From the human T2T-CHM13v2.0 reference genome, Homo sapiens, in assembly GCF_009914755.1 (NCBI RefSeq), contig NC_060926.1: a stretch of 64,000 bases of DNA; one strand, given 5' to 3'. The number at the start of each line of letters is the position of its first letter. Within the stretch, counting starts at the first letter, position 1. The notes beneath the pieces are model-generated. The model saw only the letters and a list, made by a program, of their open reading frames with translations, ran no database searches and was not told the origin of the DNA. Positions 27,284 to 40,499 of the stretch are shown here, piece by piece. The position numbers and the translations under genes were made by a program.

Positions 27284-27826
27284 AGCAACTAGGAAAGAAA
27301 TGCAGCCGTGGTGGAGGACATCTGCCCATCAGAGCACCCCAGCCCTGTGGGATATAGGCCGCTATTTATGGTTTTGTGATCCCAAAGGCAATTCAGAAAA
27401 GAAACATCCTGATACTAAGGTCCAAGGAAACAAAAAAGACCTAAGAGTCTATGTACCTGAGGTTTACAACTGTGTAAACATGTGTGCAAATTTGCGAGAG
27501 CTGGCAGGGGCCATGGAAAAGTGAAAATGGATGGTTCCATGGTAGAGCTACACTGAGTGAGTTTTTAAATTTTAATTATTACTTAAATGCTAGTTTGAAA
27601 TGCAAACATTAAGACAGAGGAAGAAAGGGAGGAATGGGGGAAAGAGAAAAAAAAGGCAGAGGAAAGTGAGTGTGGGAGGGAAGCGAACCCTTTGCTGGTG
27701 ACTCCTGGGGTCTGACTGCTGTCCGTGGAGTAGGGGTGTTTCAGCAGCCCCTGCCACTGGTGGGCAGAGAGATCTCTGGTAGCCAAAGGGATGGGTAGAA
27801 CCAAAGGTGTAAAAAAAAAAAAAATA

Positions 27827-27990
27827 GGCCAGGTGTGGTGATTCATGCCTGTAATCCCAGCACTTTGAGAGGCCGTGGCAGGTGGATCACCTGAGGTCAG
27901 GAGTTCGAGACATGGTGAAACCCTGTCTCTATTAAAAATGCAAAAATTAGTGACAGAGTAAGACCTGGTCTCAAAAAAAAAAAAAAAAAA
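27827..27990 (+). mobile_element. Internally deleted Alu (left arm joined to the end of the right arm)
   Basis: ggccaggtgtggtg...tgtaatcccagcacttt...aaaaattag|tgacagagtaagacc followed by poly-A. Confidence 0.88.
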
Positions 27991-28309
27991 GATGTCCACA
28001 TCTGTCACCTGTCCCCAGAGCAGTGACCACGGTGACATCACTCCCAGCCTGACCTCTCTCAAAGGCACAGCCTTCCACCATCACCCCAGACCACCACCTC
28101 AACTCTCCTCTCTCCTTTACATATGTCACCCCGGCTCATCCACACCCTCCATCCTCTTTTCAGGGCCTCTTTTCTCCTTCAAGAGCCAACTCAAAACTCC
28201 CTTCTTTCTGGAAGCCTATCTGGATTACCATTCACTCTATAGAGCTTCAGGAGTTTCCTAATGTTTGCCATCTTCATACTGTAGGATATTTCATCATATG
28301 GAAGCAAAT

Positions 28310-28545
28310 TTGCACGATTTAGAAAGAGAATGGGCTTTAAATTCCAGCTCTGCTACTCTCTACCTATGTGATCCTGTGAAAGTTACTTAGCCTCCCTGAG
28401 CATCAGTGTTTAAAATTATAAAATGGAAATACTGATGCATCCTAAAAGACTGATGTAAGAAGTCAATGAGATAATGTATGCAAATAGCCAGGGAGGGTGT
28501 TGGGCAGATATGTAATCAATGTGTCAATGAATGGTAGTTTTTACT
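28310..28545 (+). mobile_element. MIR
   Basis: aattccagctctgctact...aagttacttagcctccctgagc...aatgagataatgtatg. Confidence 0.75.
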
Positions 28546-30549
28546 ATGATGTATGGCATAAAATTCTAGAAAAGCAATTGGGCCATGGTATTCTGAACCA
28601 CATTGCCTCTCCATGAACTAGATTTGAAATTCACTGAGGAGGAAAACTGTCCCTTCTAAGTCTTGGGTCTTTCCCTAACCCCATCCCTGTCCCCATCAAA
28701 GTAGGCAACACACAGTCAGTGAACAGGCAAGTAGCTGGACCCCTAAGCTTTTCAGGGGTAGTCACAGAACCCTGCCCACCAGAGTGGGTGGCCAGCCCAT
28801 CTGAAGCCTGAGTCAGCTCTGAGCTAAGAAGGAGCCAAGGAGAGGGACTGGCTGTCAGTGCTTCCTCAGGTTCAGTGCTTGGGAATTGCCACTAATTCCC
28901 ACACCCACCCTGTCTACCAGCACTAGGAACATGCAGCCAGAGAAGCCTAAGACCACATTACTGCATGGAGGGGCTTGCAAACCAGCCCCACAGCAGCTCC
29001 CAACCATTTCCCCATCAAAGACAGAATGTTCCTGCTACCACCCACATTTTGAAAGCTTTGGCCAACCAGATTGGCTGTAATAATGTTAATAATAATAATA
29101 ACTACCATTTACTAGGAGCCAACAGTATGCCAGGTATCTTATAAATGCTACTTTTAAAAATATGTATTAAATAATAATCCATTCATTTTCCCATTTTTAT
29201 TCATCATATACACATGTAACTGCCAGTCAGACCTTCTGGGCAACATGCAGCTGCATTGGCAAGTGCAGTGAGCCGTTCTGTCTTCAGCCCAAAACAAGAC
29301 AATGTCCAATCTTGTTGGCCAGGGCATCCTACACAAGCAGAGCACAGATATACTTCCAGCAATCACCTTAAAACACTGAGATTTGTCAGAGGGCCCTCCT
29401 CCCCCAATACTCCTGACAAGAACCCCAAGTAGGGAATTGCAGAGCTAATCCAATCATCACAATTTGCAAATGATAGGCTCGCATTCAGAGATGGCAGGAG
29501 TCCTCCCCAAGGTCACACAGCTGACAGCAGGACCAGACATTCCAATGCCGGCACAGTGCCCTCTGCTGAAGAGAGCAGCCTGGTCTCCCAGAGGTGGTGG
29601 TCAGGCCTGCCAGGAGAGGTGGCTCCCATACCACATCCCTCCCTGCAGCCTCACCTCAGCTGCCCCAATCCACGCACAACCCTCTTCACGCACCTCACCC
29701 AGTGAGATGGGCTCCCTTCCACTCCAGGCACCTCCTCCCATGCACACTGAGCATTCAGGCCAAGCCCTTCCCTGGGGCACTGTGTACTCCCTCCATAAAG
29801 AAAATCCACCTACAGCAGGGCTCGATTAAGCACTGGAAAGGTTAGAAGCCTGCAAAAATAACTCAAAATAAAACAGGGCTAACTAGCAATTTATGTCTAA
29901 GAAAATCCCAGTGAGCTCGGATTTTTCCAGTCACAACTCCTTTGATGCTATCTTTCAAATGTCAAATATCAGATTATCTCCCCCCAAATTTTACTGGGAA
30001 CCCTTGATTTACTGATGCCACATGTTCAGGCCTATCAGGGAGTATTCCACTCTCCCTCTTGCTCTGTTCCAATGTGCTTGTTTCTAGAAGAAAGGGTGGG
30101 GCATCCTGGGGCATATATATATAAACAAAGAAGCATGTTCCATACAGATTAGGTCTTTCTGTCACCAGAAATGTATTTGTATTCTCAGAAGATGGTTCAT
30201 GGCTAATGCATTTTTATTCATCATTGTTGTCTATACATCTGTATTATGGGAGAAGAGTTTTAAAGATGCAAGAAGAAAGAGTTTGGTAAAAGACAGAACC
30301 ATTGCAAGGTCCTCTCACTCCAGGCATTTCAACATGCCCTTATACAGGCCATTTGATTTGCATCTGAGGAGCTTGCACTACCTTTCTTGAAACTGGAACA
30401 AATATTCACTTGAAAATGTTCATAGTTCACCAGCACCCAGAGGAGCAAGGTTCAGGCTGGCAGTGGGGGTAGGAGGGGTGCTGCAGGTTTGGTGGCAATA
30501 ATGTTTCCCAACTGGAATTTCCACCAACCCAGAACTTTCACATCCAAAT

Positions 30550-31000
30550 GTGTTTTGTCCCCTTCCAAAGACACACCCTGGAAATTCATACATTTATTCC
30601 GATTACACTGCCATGCTTAAAACCTCTTAAGAATTCCTCTTCTGAAAGTGCCGTGGGAGCCTGTGGCACATTCTTTTGAAAATCCTCAGTGGTAGAGAAA
30701 TTTCCTTATTAAGGGAGGATCTAAGTTTGGGAAAGAGTCTAAAGGAGTTCTGAGCCAAGTCTGATGAATAAGGTGAGTGATCAAACTGGGAAATGCTATT
30801 TTGAGCAAGAGTGAGGTTCGGGTATAAAATAACAAGACTCCTTTTATGTGTCTATGCCCGGGTGCGTATGTGAATATGGGATTCGTAAACTAACTCTCAA
30901 AGGTAATTCCAAAAGAGAAGCTCTTAAAAGATTTTGAGCGGTTGCAATACTATTGAAATAAGAACATATCCGTTCAAAGTCATTACTTCCAGGAGGTCAA
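30550..31000. mobile_element. MARNA/mariner-like DNA transposon remnant with inverted arms
   Basis: 30555-30652 and 30902-31000 are diverged reverse complements, both resembling the mariner/MARNA terminal region (aattccaaaagag...ttttgagc...ttgaaataag). Confidence 0.6.
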
Positions 31001-33702
31001 CTGTTATTTGAAATGGCAAGCCCAGGTGTGAGATGGTTTCCTGGAGCCCCACTTGGTAAAGGAACGCAGCCAGGTTCCATAGGAATCTGGAGTTGAGTCC
31101 ACTCTGTGGCCAGGTCCTGGGCTGCACATGTGTTGAAGGAGTCCCTTCTGGTGGACAGGCTTTGGGGGCAGCTGGAAGGATGCCGGTCGGCCCCTCCTCC
31201 CAGGCCTGCAGCTTGTTGGCCATATTCTGAATGACACAGCTAATTAAGGCAAGTCCTGTTGCAGCTCTGAGCTTGAACTGCCGAAATGGGGAAAGCAGAG
31301 CTCTCAGATGAATCTGTGTTTCAAGCGTTAACAGCTCATCTGTAAATAAAATAAAATGTCCTTTGGGCTGCAGCCAGGTAGCCCTCCCTGCCTTTGGCCT
31401 GAATGTGATTAGCACATAGGGGTGGAGGCAGGCAGGGGACGGAGGGACTGCAGGAGGAGGCAGTCAATTCCATCTTTTTAATAACTCTGAGAAATGATTT
31501 TGGTTATTGATTTCCAAAAGGGGTTTTTTCCTACCACTCTTACCTCCCTAGCCTCCAACTCTTCAAAAATTAAGCCCATTTTGAAATAAAACCCAATGCA
31601 GGAAATTAGCAATTTAGGGTTCAAGGCTACAGAACAGAATCACTATGGCACAGGCACACAGCACCAGGCTGGCCTTGGCGGTAAGCAAGTCTTCCTTGGA
31701 CCTGGAAGTGAAGACAACTAGGTGAGGACGGAGGCCGTGCCTCAGGTTTTCCCCCAGTTTTTGTCCGAATCTCAAAGGTGACACCGAGAAAGACACAGCA
31801 AGATAACATTGACTGTGTCTACAGAAACAAACAGGCCAGGGGGGGAAGAAGTGATGAAACCACAGGGTTACCTATATAAAAACAGTCCTTGCAAAGCTGG
31901 TCTTTGGACTAAACCTAGCTGTTTTTTAAAATATACAATCTGCTATTTGAATACATTTAACTGTTATTTTACTTTATAACCTGATTTGCATGTGAGGTCT
32001 CTGACCCTTCTTCCAGGGAGCCAGGAACCCTGTTAACACTAAGCAAACTGTGTCATATCCACACCTCCTCAGAAGGAAGACTCTGCCTCTCAAGAATGTC
32101 CTCAGGAAGAGGTCATCTTGGAAATTATACTCACAATGGTAATGCCTGTAATACAAATAAGGCAACAGGCTTCACAACTTATTTATAAATCTAAAACTCC
32201 TTGAAAATAAAAAGTTGATTTAAAAAATAAGGCAATATCATTTACGTACAACATCTGTCTACATAACAAACAGACGTCAGTGGTACTGCGTTTTGTTTTG
32301 TCTTAGTTTTCCAAAATGCCCTAGGTATGTATCCTGGTGGTGTTCTTATGTCTACTTGAGATGTCTCTCTATTTAGTCTCTTTAATAATCTTAGAATGAT
32401 GATGCACGTGGGTTACATTAGAGGCTTGAAAAGTTTTTTTCATATCCAGCAACCCAATAAATTACTCCTAGTATATCTAACTTCTCTGCTCCACTGTTGA
32501 TGTTCCCAGCAACCTTTCCTTTCTTCCCCTGAATGTCAGCATGTGGTGAAGGCATTAGTGAGGGCCGCAACACAGTATTTCCCGGTTCCAGTTAGGTGAG
32601 GAGGAGTACAGTTGACCGTACTTTTTAAAGTGCTGTCGGCTTTAGAAAGTGTGGTATTTTTTAATACCACTTTTTACTGCCCAGCTGTAAGAAGCCTGTC
32701 ATTTTCAGCATGTTGTAGAAGTCCTAAAAGCCAACAGTTTTCTTAAGCATCAGCAAAAACAAAACAAAAACAGCAACAAACAAACAAAAACCCCACATAC
32801 AACTCAGCTTGAACATTTCTGATATCATCCTCTAAAATATTCTCTTAACAAATCTATCCTACACTGAAAGTTCCATAGGAAAAGTTACAAAGGGAAGGGG
32901 GATTTCTAAAATCTGACTCTTCACCGTAGCTTTCCATTTCCCTGAAAAGATTTCTAAGATGTGCACAGAAAATGAACTTCCAATAATTGTCTCCACAGTA
33001 TTAATGTGTATCTTCTGTTGGGAGAAAATCTGTAACCTCATCAAGGAATAGCATTCAAATAAATTTTCATTGTCCCACTGCACAAAGCTAAGCTTAGGCG
33101 AATCCTAATTTGTTATTCATTCTTCTTGTTTAATTCATAATTTGATGGTAAATGTGGTGACACAGCAGTGCCCTACAAATTCGACTGCATCTGTCCTCAG
33201 ATACATTTCTTGCACCTACCCAGACTTATGTTTTATACTAAAAAATGTCTTTAAGCTTACAGATGAGCAATGTAAATAGAGAGAGAGAAAGTGACGTTTT
33301 TCTATGCATAGTGAGCCAACATTAATCTCTCTCCAAATTCAGGGTCTCTTTTTACTAGGTCCATTCTGGCTAACTGTACTTCTCCATATTTTCCAAACTC
33401 TTATTTGAAGCAAAAACTCCTCCTGACAAATGCTTTTGGTTTAAAACTAATGTTTCCTTCAACTGGTTAAGTGCCATAGAAATAAAAAGGCTTTTGCAAA
33501 ACATTCCACAACCTGATTTTTAATTTACTGCATCATCAGCTACTTTTATAATAATATTTAATCTACTGAAACAAAACCAGCCTTAGAGGGAAAAAAAAAA
33601 CCAACAACAACAAAGAGAAAGAGAGTTTATTTTTAGCAGCTCCATTCTTGTGTAAGGTAGCTAGTGAAACCGAAACTTTACCTAAGGACACTAGTCCTAG
33701 TT

Positions 33703-33705
<3 letters not shown>

Positions 33706-33733
<28 letters not shown>
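33706..33733. repeat. (TC)14 microsatellite
   Basis: Perfect TC run followed by a pyrimidine tract. Confidence 0.9.
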
Positions 33734-33737
<4 letters not shown>

Positions 33738-36700
33738 TTCTTTCCATTTATTTTTTTATTTCTCCTTTTTTCTCAGTGGCTGAGAGAATCAAGTTAAAGG
33801 TTAGATCTCATTAAGTATGGTTAACAAGTTTCAATAAGCAGGAGGCACCAAGAAATAAACTATCCCCTACCCAAAGGAAAAATATATAAAGTGATGGTAA
33901 ATGTAAATATTCAACTGTGGCCCAGATGAGCAAAACCCTAAAATGAAAAGAAGTTTACACCACTTCATGAGGTCAAGTCTGGAAAGTTTGGCTCAGATGT
34001 CTCAAGTGCCAGACCGTGATGGTAAAAATGTCATTATTTTACATCACGAAAATAGAGAAGAGAGACAATAAAATGCGTCAAAATTCAGTGGGTTCCTTCA
34101 ACTGAGGCATTTGAAAATGTTTGACTCCAGAGCTCATCATTTTAGGGACAACTCAAATGGGAGCAAACCCAAGTATTCTGGGGCTTTTTTTTTTTTTTTG
34201 GTGTCTATATCCTATTTCTGTTCAAACGAATATCCTGAGAATTAAGACTCTAGTGTGAGACAGCAAAGGCTATCGCTGTGCAGATAAAAACACTCCTGAG
34301 AAACTATGCCCTAAGGATGCAAACTGTAATGGAAACTGAGCCAGGCAAAAGGACCCCTCCCTAAAAGGAACTGCTTCCAACCAAAAGGTGGACCCCGCCA
34401 ATGCTTCCAAATTCTTAAGCACTGCTCTGGCTTAGGCAGCTCAAAGCCATTGGGATGGGCCCTTCCTGAGTAGAAAGACGTTACTGAAAGTTTTGCCGTT
34501 GTCTCTGGGTAGAAAATGGTCCTTCCCCAGGAGCACTGTGCTGGTAGCTCTGTGTTCAGCAAAGTAGAAAATGTCACTGGAGCATGAGCTGTGACAGCAG
34601 CATGTACATACTTGCATATACCCTTTCCTCTGCAGAGCAACTGCTATAGCTGAAAATTGCGAGGCAATCTCCGTAGGATGAAAGAGGCCAACAAACTCAA
34701 CTCTACAGTGGCTAAAAGCCATGGGATGCTGCAGAGAAACTTCAGGTTTATCTTTTGCCTTACATTAGGATGTTTCCCCTGGAAATGAAGGGGAAGTTGT
34801 AATTAGCATGTTTGAAAGCTCTCTGATTCACCTCCCCACCCCAATTCTTACTATCATGAATTTTGCATTATTCTATGTACAATAATGCACATAAAATTAA
34901 ATAAACAATTTAATTAATTTAATTAAAATTAAATATTAAACATATTGTGTATAAGAAACCTGTGCCTTTGACTTAATTGGGCAGGAGTACCCAAAGCAGT
35001 TTGGGTAACAGCAGAAAATAATTAAAAACAACAAGTACGTTAGCCTCTGGGTACAAGAAATAGTTGGGAGCCTCCTCTTGAGAAAGGTTTATTTAATTAA
35101 AATTAAACTAATCTTTGGAAAACATTTGATAAGCATTTCATAATACAAATCATAATCCAAAAAATGAGGCTCAGCCTGCCTCTCCACAATATAGGAAAAT
35201 CATGTTAAATAATTTATCTCTGGCAGTAGCTACTCTCTTCTTTACACATACATACAAATACACACACAGCAATTCAATAGACAACATGTTCAGTGGGTTT
35301 GAATTTTAGGTAATACTTGATTCACCTACAATCCAGATAAATATTAATAAAGTACATCAAATATATTATGTTCATAGCAAGAATTTAGAAGATTTAGTGT
35401 TTGATTTTGAACTAGGTGTGGATTTTCAGAGCTAAAAAGCCCCTATCAGAAAATATCCTTTCTGCGAATTTATCTACAAGGAAAATTCAAATGTTTTGGC
35501 AAGTCAATATGTTAGTTGGTCACTACTAATATAACCCAAAAATACAGAAAAAGCTGGGTCCCCAGGTCATCCACAGATACATTTAATTCACAAGGTAGCA
35601 TTTAGTGCTTCACGTTAGGAGAGGAAGACCATTTACATTCTTATTGCTTTCCTCCGGTTTGTGTGACAGGATCTGATATTCAGTTGCAGAGCATTAGATA
35701 AGATTAGACGTAGACCATAAAAGAAAGACAGCAACCAAGCCCATGTATGTGTTTCCCCAATAACTGTTCCTAGGGCCTGATATTGCAGAATCTCCAGACA
35801 TCTATAGTCTTCATCAAAGTAGGGCCCATTTAGACACCTATGGCCTGAGAAGGAATATTACCAAAACCAGCTGCTTCATGCTCCAATTCCAAAGTTGCTA
35901 AATGCAAGCATCCTGGCTGACAAGTGCCCACAGATATAACTCAGAGCCTGAATTGTCCACCAAATTCCAATTGTCCACCTCTTAAACATCTGCACCCATA
36001 AAGAAACATCAAATTTAGAACATCCATTACCACAAATGATTCTCATCACTTTTATTTCAGCATATATAGTAACTTAGTCTATCAGCGAGGTTAAAATATT
36101 TTCTTATATCCTAATGATTCATTATAGATAAAGCAACTATATTCACCCCAAAGATGAGCTGGGAACATATAATAATGCATTTTATTTTGTCTTTATAAGC
36201 ATAAGATTTTCCATGTATATCCTGACACCAAAATCATATTTTTCAGTGGTCATATGTATATTAAAAACTATTGTTATGAAACATACATAGCCACAGGTGC
36301 CATGCATATAGAAAAATCTGAGTCAAAGCTTGGTGTTGCTATAGCAAGGTTATTTTGTAGTGCCTTTGCTCTGTAAAGAAAGCCACAATAATATACATCA
36401 CACTATTTTATAAGCAATAATTCATAATGGCAACTAACAATTATTCCTGCAATATCAAGCATTCCTCCAAAAATTCATCTAAGCTTTTAACCATTTCTCT
36501 GATTGATTCAACTTTTCTTTGATGGAAAGAACAAAGTACCTTTGGAGGCTTCCAGTTGGGCCGAGAGACAGGGCGATCCAAAGGGTGGCCTGCTTAATGC
36601 CAGACTTAAAATAGGAAGAAAAAAATCTGGAGACTTGGCAGAGCTAAGAAGCACGCAAAGCAAAAGATCCTAAAGCCATCTCTAGCTCAATTAACTCTTT

Positions 36701-39700
36701 CACATATTTATTGGAAAAGGGCATTTAACCCTTCAGAAAACACCAAGCAAAGATCCTGGTGCAGCCCCAGCTTCTTCAGCCAGGACCACAGCTGCAGCAG
36801 GGTTCCCCTCTGCCATCCAGGGCTTGTCAATGATGCCCTTCATTTGCATGTCAATCCTTTTACATGATTAATATGTATTTATTGACCAGGAGGCCTTCCA
36901 AACCTAGGACAAAGGGAGACAGGCAGTCCTCTTTTATAGGGCAGCCATAACTTTCCTGGCAGGACTGACAATTGTGCACAGGAATAATTCCCTTCCAGAT
37001 AAAAAGTTCCCACCATTCAGACACGTAGTAATGGAAGGAAAACAGGCTAAACTGAACACTGAAATCTGAAGGGCACCTCTCTACTCCTTTTCCCATAAGG
37101 TGATCTGTGTTCATTTCCTACTACCTCAGTTGAGGAGTGTGGACAGGCACCTAGAAGACCAGAAAAAAATGACCCCCAGCCTGGGAGTTTGGATATCTTC
37201 GGCTACTCATGAAGGTCTTTTAGGCTGAGGACTGCCCACAAAGCTAGGCCCTAGCTCGAACCCTGGGTTACCTGAGGGAAGGCATCTGCCTCCTTCCAAA
37301 CATGAATCTAGAAATGGAAAGAAACGCACCCAACACACCGCATGATGCCACTCTTCATGAATCTTTCATCCACTCAAATAAACATCACATTTCCCAGATT
37401 GACAGGTGGAGTTTTATTTATTAAACAGCAAACTCCAGTTTTAAAAAAAGATCAGCCTTATGTCTACCATTAAAGATTCCCAGAAATTCTCTTCTCTTCC
37501 ATCTCTTCACTCCTCCCACATAAGAAAATAGAAAAGTAAAAGCGAAAATGGTCAAACCGTGCCATAAACTTCCATTTTCACTCTGACATCTGCCTCTCAG
37601 AAAGTCGGAGATGAGATTCTAGATATGTTTAGAAAAACTGTAAGGGATTAGTATGACTCTTGTTTGTCCTGGTGCCAAGGATATTGAGTCAGATCATCCA
37701 AGAGGGTTTTTTTTTTTTTTGTCTTTATCCTGGGTGGTTCTGGGACTCGCTCCGTTTGATCGTGGCTTCCCACCTCTGTGCATATGAAATCCTTGACCCC
37801 ACAGAGAGGCTGCCAGCTCAATGACTAGGGTTCCCAAGGAAAAGCACAAGGAGCCATCTCCTTTATAAGGTCCTTCACTATAAAAAACAATATCAAAAAA
37901 GAGACTTTCCCTTAGGTTGAAGAAATTCAAGACCAGCCTCTGCGTAAGCATTATAACCTCCCGAAAGTGACACACGAACACTCTTCAAAGGCCTCAAGTT
38001 TGATTTCCTAACCAAGACACCAACAAGAAACGGTCATCTTTCAGCTCAGAGGCCAGTTCTGAATCTCTCCCCAGGGACATAGTATCCTTGGCTTTTATAA
38101 ACGGCCTTTATTAGGGGCAAACTCACTTCATTTTAAAAAAGGGAATTCTGGTGGTGTCAGATCCTAGTCTTTCTCTGACCTACACCCTGTCAAACTAAGA
38201 GATTAGGCAGGTGGTACACTTTATAGGAAGACCAGCCACTAGCCTGCTCACCACCAAAATCTGGCCTGGGAAAGGTGAAGGAAAGCAGTTTAAACAACCA
38301 CATTGCTGTTTCTTTGACTTCAGCCAACTCCTACTTCAGTCATTTTTACTGAAACTGGTCTACATGTATAGACTATGCCTAAAAGAATCCCAGAAAGAGT
38401 CCTAGAATTCCAAGAATGTAAGCTTCAAGGACGAGGCTTGCAATGGTGAATTTATCAAAAGCAATTAAACATAAAATGGGCCCAGAAGGGTGTTTCAAAT
38501 TTCTGCCCAAGTTTTGCCCATGCAGAAATGTGATGCTTATGATGAAGTTATTTTCCTTAGTAATAACTCTGAAGAATGTGACCCAAAAATAGACCGGGGA
38601 GTCATTTCAGCAGGGTGCCCCTCTGGCTTCATCCACTTTATATGACACCCAGAAGGCAGCAAGTCACTCTGTATCCTGTCCTTACATGCTCCATTCCAAA
38701 CCCAAGGCCACACTTCTGAAAGGTATCTGGGACTGCTCCGCACAACCACATTTCAAGAGAATGCGGCCATCAAAAACGCAGGCACATCAAAAGCACCTGA
38801 GAAGAAACACAAGGATGAGGAGGGAAAGTATCAAGGAAAAGCAACTATCATCTCTAAATTCTACAAACCTGTGGTTTCATTTTGCTATGTAAACAGATGG
38901 CATACGCTGGAAGCAAGGAATAAAGTTTTTTTTTCCTGAAACTTCTGACATAATAAACTAAGTTATGTGCACCTAAACCTGACTTTGTTTTCTATTTCAC
39001 AGATTATAAATTCAACTAAGTTAACCAATAAAAATGGTCCCACAGGAATTGCCTTGACATTATGGAAGTTAAGAGATGGGTTCTGACATATTCCAAACAC
39101 CCAGGCATAGACTTCAGAAATTCATTCGGTTCAAATGAATATCTGGGGGCATGGGCTCCTGGAACATCAGGTGTCCATCCCACGGGGGCCCACCCCAGTA
39201 CCAAGAACATCGCAGGCACTTGGTTTAAGCCAGGTTGCATGATTGAATAATTAATGAGAACCCAAGGAAGGTTTCCTTCTGATGTTTGTCATCATTAGAA
39301 TCCAACCTCTGTTCACTAAGGAATAGCTTTTGCCTTAGGTTTTCAACTCCCTGACCAGCACCTCAGACATTTGGTGGGGGGCACTTTCTAGGTTTGAAAG
39401 AAGGGCTGAATACTCCTCTGAACACCTCAACTCACCCTTTGGCCCCCTCCTCATCTAATTTTGCAGGCCATTAATTCAGAATGGGCATGAGAGCATTTTG
39501 GTATTTGCTTTCACAATAAAATGACTGAGTAATTAATGAAAGTTGGCAACTGTTCAGTCAACAGCAAGCTCTCTCTCCGCCCTTCCCAACTTAGTGCTGT
39601 GTGTTCAAATAGACTTCATGTTGCACCGCCCCCACCTCGGCTAGCCTCACCTTCCCTTATAGCGCCAGTGGGACCTCCCCAGGCTCTGTGGGGTGATCTT

Positions 39701-40499
39701 GCTCTCAAAAAAACCACTTACCCTATCCCTCTTAGCCACTGAGGACCTTTATGGTGAAACTGTCATTACCCATTAAGGGCAGACAGGGCAACCAAAAGGG
39801 CCCTACTTCCTTGCATGCTATAGACAAGTCATTGGCTGTATAATAAGGGAGACTATATCACTTTTAGCCTGGTCCGTGTTGACCCCCCAGGGAAACTCCC
39901 ATACTCGTGTCTGTAAGATGTGTCTTAGAGCAAGCCCCTTTAAACAAAAGCAGCGCTGGCACTCTCCCTGCAACCTGTGCATTGGCTAAGGTGGGAAGAA
40001 GGGAGGCTGGTGGCCCCTCCTGGCTACCTCCCCCCACCCCCAGCAATAGCTTTTGTGTTACAGGGGCTCCTAGAGTGGGATGGCCGGAATGTGGAGACGC
40101 CACTGCGTTGGAGTTAATAACACAGTGTCACAAAGGAATTTAAGCCTGAACTCTGGAAATTCTCTTTTAGGAGCTTATACTTTTCCTTCTTCAAACTTCT
40201 CTGTTCTGTCTAAAAAGAATAAAAACCCTCTGTTGTGTTTCCTGCCGGAGGCTATTATCACTTCCTTCCAACTGCCCCTTGTGAAATAGTCAAAGCATCC
40301 CTGATCGCGGAGGAGACAACCGCCAGATCACAAGGTGAGTTTTGTATTCCAGAGTTTCAACGGCTCTGGATCTGTTTCCAAAATGACCCACCCTTTCTAG
40401 GGGCGTGTTGCCTGCTCTTAGGGGCTGTATTTGGCAGACATGCAAATATAAAACAGCCTCACCAAAGTGCTTACTATGGACACAGCCTCTTGGCCAAGC

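Noticed and set aside
40331-40340. Perfect + strand donor AAG|GTGAGT
   Set aside because: Isolated; no convincing partner acceptor or exon could be defined.
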